Source: an uncultured Desulfatibacillum sp. (GTDB taxonomy: Bacteria > Desulfobacterota > Desulfobacteria > Desulfobacterales > SpSt-501). From it: 64,000 nt of DNA. Within the stretch, counting starts at the first letter, position 1. Every line of letters starts with the position of its first letter. The notes below the pieces were generated by a model. That model saw only the letters and a program-made list of their open reading frames with translations, searched no databases and had not been told where the DNA came from. Location of the stretch: NCBI GenBank assembly GCA_964573635.1, contig CAZNKG010000004.1, forward strand, positions 1,352 to 65,351, written 5' to 3'. A program made the translations under genes and the position numbers. Of this stretch, positions 18,090 to 23,922 are shown piece after piece.

Positions 18090-21000
18090 GTGATTGAGCC
18101 CATCCATACGAAAATCGAAGGCCGGGCGCGGTTCCGGGTCGATGGACTGCTCGGCTCCGACCCCCTCAAGCGGTTTCTCGAAAACCGGCTCGCCCGGGAA
18201 AAGGACATCCTCTCCGCCCGGGCGAACACGCTCACCGGCAGCATCCTGATCAACTACAACTCCAACAACAACCACCACACGATCGCCTTCCTCCTGGAGG
18301 ACATCCTGATGGAGGCGGGCGGCGGCGCGGCGCCGCCGGCCGATCCGCCGGCGGCCGAAGCGGCCGCGGCGCCCCCGCGCCCCTCCAAGGCCCGCGAGCT
18401 TCCCGTCGACGTCCTCAAGCGCTTCCTCGCCCCGCCGCCGGCGGCCCGGGCCCCCGAGAAGAAGCCCTGGCACACGCTCGAGGCCGAGACGGTCGCGGCG
18501 ATCGTGCGCGCCGACCCGGCGGCGGGGCTTTCCGAGGCGCTCGCCGCCGAGCGTCTCCGGGAGCATGGCCCGAACATCCTGCCGAAGCCCGCGGCGCGCT
18601 CGGGGGCGGCGATCTTCTTCGAGCAGCTCAATTCGCTGCCGGTCTACCTCCTCGGCGCGGCCGCCGGCATCTCGGTCCTCACCGGGGGGCTGCTCGACGC
18701 GGCCGTGATCGGCGCCGTCGTGCTCGCCAACGCCGCGATCGGCTATTTCACGGAGAGCGGCGCCGAGAAGACCATGGAGTCCCTGAAGGATCTCGTGCAC
18801 CCCACGGCGGAGGTGCTGCGCGGCGGCCGCGAGATCCATTTGCCGGTCGAGGAGGTGGTCGTGGGCGACCTCGTCGTGCTCAAGCCCGGGACCTACGTCG
18901 CTGCCGACTGCCGGCTTTTGGCCGCCGACCGGCTGAGCGTCGACGAGTCGATGCTGACCGGCGAGAGCCTGCCGGTCCACAAGGAGACCGCGCCGCTCCG
19001 GCACGAGAACACCCCGCTCGCCGACCGCACCAACATGGTCTACATGGGGACCCTCGTCACCGGCGGGCAGGGGCTGGCGGTCGTGGTGGCCACCGGCCGC
19101 CACACCGAGGTGGGGACGCTGCAGGCCATGCTCGCGGAGACCGTGACCCCGCGGACCCCGATCGAGCTCCAGCTCGAGCGCATGGGCAACCAGCTCGTCG
19201 TCGCCTGCGGCGCCATCTGCGGCGTGGTCTTCGGGATCGGCTTCGTGCGCGGCTACGGCCTCATCCAGATGCTCCAGATGGCCATCTCGCTCGCCGCCTC
19301 GGCGGTGCCCGAGGGGCTTCCGGCCGCCGCCACGATCAACTTCGCCATGGGGATCACCGATCTGCGGCGCCACGGGGTGCTCGTCCGGCGGCTGCAGGCC
19401 GTCGAGACCCTCGGCGCGGTGCAGACGGTCTGCCTCGACAAGACCGGCACCATCACCGAAAACCGCATGTCGGTGACCGAGATCGTCGCCGGCGCCTGCC
19501 GCTACGCCGTATGCGACCGCCGCATCGCCCCGCCCGCGGACGGCCGCGACCCCCTCGCCGCCGGCGAGCTCCGCCAGCTGCTCACCGTCTGCGCGCTGTG
19601 CAACGAGATCAAGATCGCCGCGACCGGTCCGGCCGGCGCGCTCGAGTTCTTCGGCTCCTCCACCGAGAAGGCGCTCGCCGAGGTGGCGGCCGCGGCCGGC
19701 TTGGATATCCTCGGGCTGCAGGAGGAATTCCGCTTCATCGGCCACCGCCTGCGCGCGGAAAACCGCCTCTTCATGAGCAGCCTCCACGCCTGCCCCGCGC
19801 AGGAGTGCCACGCCATCTTCACCAAGGGCAGCCCGCACGAGGTGCTCGACCGCTGCGACCGGGAAATGGTGGACGGACGCGTGCGGCCGATCTCCGAAGA
19901 CCGCCGCCAGGAGATCCACATCGAAAACGACCGCATGGCCGGCCGCGGCCTGCGGGTGCTCGGCTTCGCGTTCAACCGCTTCGCCCTGAACGAAGAAATC
20001 GATGAGGCCGCCCCCATGGTCTGGCTGGGGCTCGTCGGGATGGTCGACCCGGTGCGGCCGGGGGTGAAGGAGCTGATCGCGGTCTTCCACCGCGCCGGGG
20101 TCGAGACGGTCATGATCACCGGCGACCAGAGCACGACGGCCTACGCCGTCGCCCGCGAGCTCAACCTCGGGGGCGACAAGCCGCTCAAGATCCTGGACTC
20201 CGCCGAGCTTGCCTCCCTCGACCCCGAGCGGCTGCAGGCGCTCGCCAAGAACGTGCACGTCTACTCGCGCGTGAGCCCCGCCCACAAGCTGCGCATCGTC
20301 CAGGCGCTCCAGGCCGCCGGCCGGATCGTGGCCATGACCGGCGACGGCATCAACGACGGCCCGGCGCTCAAGGCCGCGAACTTGGGCATCGCGCTCGGCG
20401 AGTCGGGGACCGACGTCGCGCGCGAGGTGGCCGACATCATCATCGCCGGCGACCGCCTGGAGGAGCTCGTTCAGGCGCTGCGCGGGGGGCGCACGACCTA
20501 CGGGAACATCCGCAAGTCGGTGCACTTCTTCCTGTCGACCAACATGACCGAGATCATGGTCATGTTCGTCTGCATGGCGCTCGGGCTGGGCTTCCCCTTG
20601 AACGTGATGCAGCTTCTGTGGATCAACATCATCTCGGACATCTTCCCCGGCCTCGCCCTTTCGCGGGAGCCGGCCGAGCCGCAGATCATGTCGCGGCCGC
20701 CGCGCCCGGCCGGGGACCCGCTCTTCTCCGGAAGCGACTTCCGCCGGATGGCGCTCGAGTCCGCCGTCATCTCGGCCGGGGCGCTCGCGGCCTACGCCGT
20801 CGGCATCCGGCGCTACGGCCAGGGCCCGCAGGCGAGCGCGCTCGCCTTCCAGACGCTCGTCTTCGGCCAGCTGCTGCACGCCTTCAGCTGCCGCAGCGAC
20901 CGGCACGGCCTGCTCGACCCCGGCCGCCCGCCGGCGAACCCCTATCTCACCGCGGCCGTGGGCGGCTCGCTCGCGCTGCAGGCGCTCACCCTTTTCGTCC

Positions 21001-21143
21001 CCGGCCTGCGGGGGTTTCTCGGACTCGCGCCGCCAGCGATCGCCGACCTCGCGGTCATCGCCGCCGGCGCGCTGCTGCCGTTCCTCGCCAACGAGTCCCG
21101 CAAACGGGTCCGCGCGACCCCCGACCATGAGGTGATCCCGTGA
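18090..21143 (+). CDS. P2-type (SERCA/PMCA-like) cation-transporting P-type ATPase with an N-terminal HMA-like domain
   Basis: Cation_ATPase_N-like WHTLEAETV...GLSEALAAERLREHGPNILP. TGES (LTGESLPV), PEGL in TM4 (19308-19319), DKTGTIT, TGDQ, GDGINDGPALK. TM5 has STNMTEI and TM6 has WINIISD (20619-20639). Confidence 0.9.
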   Translation: MIEPIHTKIEGRARFRVDGLLGSDPLKRFLENRLAREKDILSARANTLTGSILINYNSNNNHHTIAFLLEDILMEAGGGAAPPADPPAAEAAAAPPRPSKARELPVDVLKRFLAPPPAARAPEKKPWHTLEAETVAAIVRADPAAGLSEALAAERLREHGPNILPKPAARSGAAIFFEQLNSLPVYLLGAAAGISVLTGGLLDAAVIGAVVLANAAIGYFTESGAEKTMESLKDLVHPTAEVLRGGREIHLPVEEVVVGDLVVLKPGTYVAADCRLLAADRLSVDESMLTGESLPVHKETAPLRHENTPLADRTNMVYMGTLVTGGQGLAVVVATGRHTEVGTLQAMLAETVTPRTPIELQLERMGNQLVVACGAICGVVFGIGFVRGYGLIQMLQMAISLAASAVPEGLPAAATINFAMGITDLRRHGVLVRRLQAVETLGAVQTVCLDKTGTITENRMSVTEIVAGACRYAVCDRRIAPPADGRDPLAAGELRQLLTVCALCNEIKIAATGPAGALEFFGSSTEKALAEVAAAAGLDILGLQEEFRFIGHRLRAENRLFMSSLHACPAQECHAIFTKGSPHEVLDRCDREMVDGRVRPISEDRRQEIHIENDRMAGRGLRVLGFAFNRFALNEEIDEAAPMVWLGLVGMVDPVRPGVKELIAVFHRAGVETVMITGDQSTTAYAVARELNLGGDKPLKILDSAELASLDPERLQALAKNVHVYSRVSPAHKLRIVQALQAAGRIVAMTGDGINDGPALKAANLGIALGESGTDVAREVADIIIAGDRLEELVQALRGGRTTYGNIRKSVHFFLSTNMTEIMVMFVCMALGLGFPLNVMQLLWINIISDIFPGLALSREPAEPQIMSRPPRPAGDPLFSGSDFRRMALESAVISAGALAAYAVGIRRYGQGPQASALAFQTLVFGQLLHAFSCRSDRHGLLDPGRPPANPYLTAAVGGSLALQALTLFVPGLRGFLGLAPPAIADLAVIAAGALLPFLANESRKRVRATPDHEVIP

Positions 21144-22318
21144 TCTTCACATCCGAATCCGTTACGGAAGGCCATCCGGACAAGCTCTGCGACCAAATCA
21201 GCGACAGCATCGTCGACCACTTCCTCAAGCAGGACCCCTACTCCCGGGTGCGCGCCGAGTGCGCGGTCTCGAGCGCGATCATCTTCATCGCCGTGCGCTA
21301 CGCCTCCGAGGCCAAGGTCGACTTCTCCTACCTCGCCCGCAAGGTGATCCAGCGCATCGGCTACGACCAGCCGGACTTCAACGCCAAGATATGCAGCATC
21401 CTTTCGGCCCCGCAGGAGCTGCCGCTCAACATGGCGCACCGCTTCGACGAGGAGAAGCTCACCGACGCGGAGATCGACCGGGTCGCGGCCAAGAACCAGG
21501 TGACGCTCTTCGGGTTCGCCTGCGACCAAACCCCCGAGCTCATGCCGCTGCCCATCATGCTGGCGAACCGCCTCACCCGGCGCATGTCCGAAGTCCGCCA
21601 CCAGAAGATCCTGCCCTACCTGCTGCCGGACGGAAAGGTCCAGGTGGCGGTCACCTTCGACGGCGGCCGGCCGGTGCGCATCCACAGCCTGACCATCATG
21701 GCGAGCCTCGACCAGCCCCGGCAGGTCGACGCCGACAAGCTCGCCGCGGCCCTGGTCGACAGCGTCATCCAGCCGGTCTTCAAGCATGAAAAAATCAAGC
21801 CCGACAAGGAGACGCGCATCCTCGTCAACCCCGACGGCCCCTACGCGGGCGGCCCGACCCACCACTCCGGGCTGACCGGCCGCAAGAGCGCGGTCGACAC
21901 CTACGGCGAGTACGCCCGGCACAGCGGCGACGCGCTGAGCGGCAAGGACCCCATGCGGGTCGACCGCATCGGGGCCTATGCCGCGCGCTACGCCGCCAAA
22001 AACATCGTCGCCGCCGGGCTCGCCTCCCAGTGCGAGGTCATGCTGAGCTACTCCATCGGCATCACCCGTCCGGTGAGCCTCCAGGTCCAGACCTTCGGAA
22101 CCGGGAAGGCCGCCGACGAGAAGATCCGCAAACTCCTCGAGCGGCACTTCGAGTTCCGCATGGCGGGGATCATGAAGCACTTCCGCCTGCGCACCCTGCC
22201 GGCGCGCCACAGCGAGGGCTATTTCCAGCGCCTCGCCGCCTACGGCCATTTCGGCCGCAGCGACATGGACCTGCCCTGGGAGAAAACCGACAAGGCCGAG
22301 CTGCTCAAGGCCGGCTGA
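21140..22318 (+). CDS. Divergent S-adenosylmethionine-synthetase (MetK) paralogue
   Basis: The GTG start overlaps the ATPase stop (GTGA). It has FTSESVTEGHPDK, LTGRK and SGKDPMRVDRIGAYAARYAAKNIV. The canonical GAGDQG reads AAKNQV, GDxGLTGRK reads HHSGLTGRK, and HGGGAFSGKD reads HSGDALSGKD. Confidence 0.85.
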   Translation: MIFTSESVTEGHPDKLCDQISDSIVDHFLKQDPYSRVRAECAVSSAIIFIAVRYASEAKVDFSYLARKVIQRIGYDQPDFNAKICSILSAPQELPLNMAHRFDEEKLTDAEIDRVAAKNQVTLFGFACDQTPELMPLPIMLANRLTRRMSEVRHQKILPYLLPDGKVQVAVTFDGGRPVRIHSLTIMASLDQPRQVDADKLAAALVDSVIQPVFKHEKIKPDKETRILVNPDGPYAGGPTHHSGLTGRKSAVDTYGEYARHSGDALSGKDPMRVDRIGAYAARYAAKNIVAAGLASQCEVMLSYSIGITRPVSLQVQTFGTGKAADEKIRKLLERHFEFRMAGIMKHFRLRTLPARHSEGYFQRLAAYGHFGRSDMDLPWEKTDKAELLKAG

Positions 22319-22345
22319 CGGACCCGCCCGCCCGGCCGCCGCAAA

Positions 22346-22366
22346 GGCCCGCGCCGGGCGCGGGCC
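22346..22366 (+). other. Stem-loop after the MetK-like gene (9-bp GC stem, no U-tract)
   Basis: GGCCCGCGC-CGG-GCGCGGGCC. It is followed directly by the RBS GGAGAGGAG of the next gene. Confidence 0.5.
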
Positions 22367-22383
22367 TGGAGAGGAGATCCCGC

Positions 22384-22947
22384 ATGCACTGGCTCATGAT
22401 CGCCGCCGCCGTGGGGCTCGGGGCGCTCGCCGCATCGCGCGGCCGGCCCTGGATCGAGCGGCTCATCCAGGCGGCGGCCCCGGGGCCGGAAGCCGCCCTG
22501 CGCCGCGAAACCGAGCTCGACCGCCGGATCGCGGCCTGGCGCTCCGCCGAGCAGCCTCTCGAGCGCTTCCGGCGGCTCGGGGAGATCGTCGCGGCGGCCC
22601 ATGCCGAGCGCGCCGACCCGGCCGCCCGCAAGCTCCTCATGCGTTTTGCCGCCATGCAGGTCGAGGCCCTGCCGGCGGCGGCCGAGGAGCTCAAAACAGC
22701 CGGCGGCGGCCGGCTGCCGGAGATCCCCGCCTTCGGCCTGCTCGCCGAAGCGCTGGAGGAGCAGGGGCGCGCCGCGGAGGCGCTCGCGCTGTGCCGCCGG
22801 GCGGAGGCGCTGGGAGTGAGGGACGGGAGCCGGGCGGGATTCGCCGGCCGGATCAAGCGGCTTGAGGCCGGGCGTCCGGAGAAGGCCGCCGGGCGGCCGC
22901 GCGCCGGCAAATCCGGAAAGCCCCCCTCCCCGCGGCGGCGCCGATGA
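22384..22947 (+). CDS. Hypothetical protein with an N-terminal TM segment, a helical (TPR-like?) body and a basic tail
   Basis: GGAGAGGAG lies 7 nt upstream of the ATG. N-terminus MHWLMIAAAVGLGALAA. No family was recognised. Confidence 0.5.
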   Translation: MHWLMIAAAVGLGALAASRGRPWIERLIQAAAPGPEAALRRETELDRRIAAWRSAEQPLERFRRLGEIVAAAHAERADPAARKLLMRFAAMQVEALPAAAEELKTAGGGRLPEIPAFGLLAEALEEQGRAAEALALCRRAEALGVRDGSRAGFAGRIKRLEAGRPEKAAGRPRAGKSGKPPSPRRRR

Positions 22948-22948
22948 G

Positions 22949-23227
22949 CTATGCCGGAGTCTTTTTATGATACGTCCGGCATCGCGGGTAGTCCGCGCAG
23001 CGGAAGCGCAGCCAGGCGCCGCGGCGCTGATAGACGTGCATGGGCTTGCCGCAGGCGGGACAGGACGGGCGTTCTTCGGGGGCAAGCTGCCCCGGGCCCC
23101 TGAGCGTGAATTGGCGCCGGCAAACCTGGCACAGGAAGCGCTTCTTGCCGTTCGCCGTGCAGCCGTAGCGGTAGATGGCATCGGAGCGGCAGCGCGGGCA
23201 GTGGATCCCTTCGATCAATTTGCGCAT
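22949..23227 (-). CDS. Small double zinc-ribbon protein (an IS1/IS1595-type N-terminal finger plus a topoisomerase-type C4 finger); not a transposase
   Basis: CPRCRSDAIYRYGCTANGKKRFLCQVCRRQF and CPACGKPMHVYQRRGAWLRFRCADYPRC. The start is taken at MRKLIEG; the upstream ATG at 23257 is also possible. Confidence 0.6.
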   Translation of the reverse strand: MRKLIEGIHCPRCRSDAIYRYGCTANGKKRFLCQVCRRQFTLRGPGQLAPEERPSCPACGKPMHVYQRRGAWLRFRCADYPRCRTYHKKTPA

Positions 23228-23321
23228 CGCCCCTCTCGTCCGGCCGGGGCGGCGCACCGCGGCCGGTTCTCCGGCTGCGGCGGCCGCTCGCCTGTGTCGG
23301 GCGCGATGATGACCCCGGCGT

Positions 23322-23359
23322 GTGAGAATCGGACTAGGCGCGGGTTAGAAGGCGGTTCG
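23322..23359 (-). promoter_or_regulatory. Candidate Pho box upstream of the zinc-ribbon gene
   Basis: Plus strand: GTGAG 23322, ACTAG 23333, GTTAG 23344, GTTCG 23355, in 11-bp phase. They read CTnAC-type toward the minus-strand gene. Confidence 0.45.
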
Positions 23360-23360
23360 G

Positions 23361-23651
23361 TCAGATGCCGCGGAGCGGCCGCTTGGCCGGCCGCATCGCT
23401 TCGAAAAGCTCCGCATCGCGGGGATCCCGCACCCGCGGCCGGGCTTCATAGCGCATGAATTCGATGAACTGCTTGATCCGCTCGGCGTATTGCCTCCCGC
23501 AGCGCTCCCGCAGCGGATCGCCGGAGCACCGCCGCAGCAGCCGGCGCTCGGCCTCCGTCGCCTCGCGGTCGGCCAGATGAATCATTTCGTAATAGTCCTT
23601 GTCCCGAACGGCCCCCATGAAATCGGAGAACTTGCAATCCTTGGAGATCAT
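23361..23651 (-). CDS. Hypothetical 96-aa protein
   Basis: ATG at 23651 (MISKDCKFSDFMGAVRDKDYYEMIHLADRE...) with normal composition. An A6G9 tract forms the RBS region. No family was recognised. Confidence 0.5.
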   Translation of the reverse strand: MISKDCKFSDFMGAVRDKDYYEMIHLADREATEAERRLLRRCSGDPLRERCGRQYAERIKQFIEFMRYEARPRVRDPRDAELFEAMRPAKRPLRGI

Positions 23652-23747
23652 GCCCCCCCCCTTTTTTCGGTTGCCGCCCCCGTCGCCCGCCCGCCGGGGG
23701 CGGCAGCGGTCTTTCACGGTCGGCCAAGGAATGGATAAATGCGGATT

Positions 23748-23774
23748 GTTAGGCTTTTATTAGGATTCGGTTCA
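23748..23774 (-). promoter_or_regulatory. Candidate Pho box upstream of the 23361-23651 gene
   Basis: Plus strand: GTTAG 23748, ATTAG 23759, GTTCA 23770, in 11-bp phase, 97 nt upstream of the minus-strand ATG at 23651. Confidence 0.45.
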
Positions 23775-23922
23775 AACGGGCGCCTCGGTTTCACGGTTCG
23801 ACCCGGCCGGCGTGCCCACCGCGTTTTGCCAATCCGGGAAAGCTGGTTTATGGAGACGGCGGCGATCTGCACTCAAACGCGGCGGGCGGCGTTGCGCCGG
23901 CGCGCCGGGGAGGAGATGACCG

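Noticed and set aside
22949-23257. Possible insertion sequence, suggested by the IS1/IS1595-type zinc finger
   Set aside because: There is no transposase catalytic ORF, no terminal inverted repeats and no target duplication in the flanks. It is treated as a stand-alone zinc-ribbon protein.
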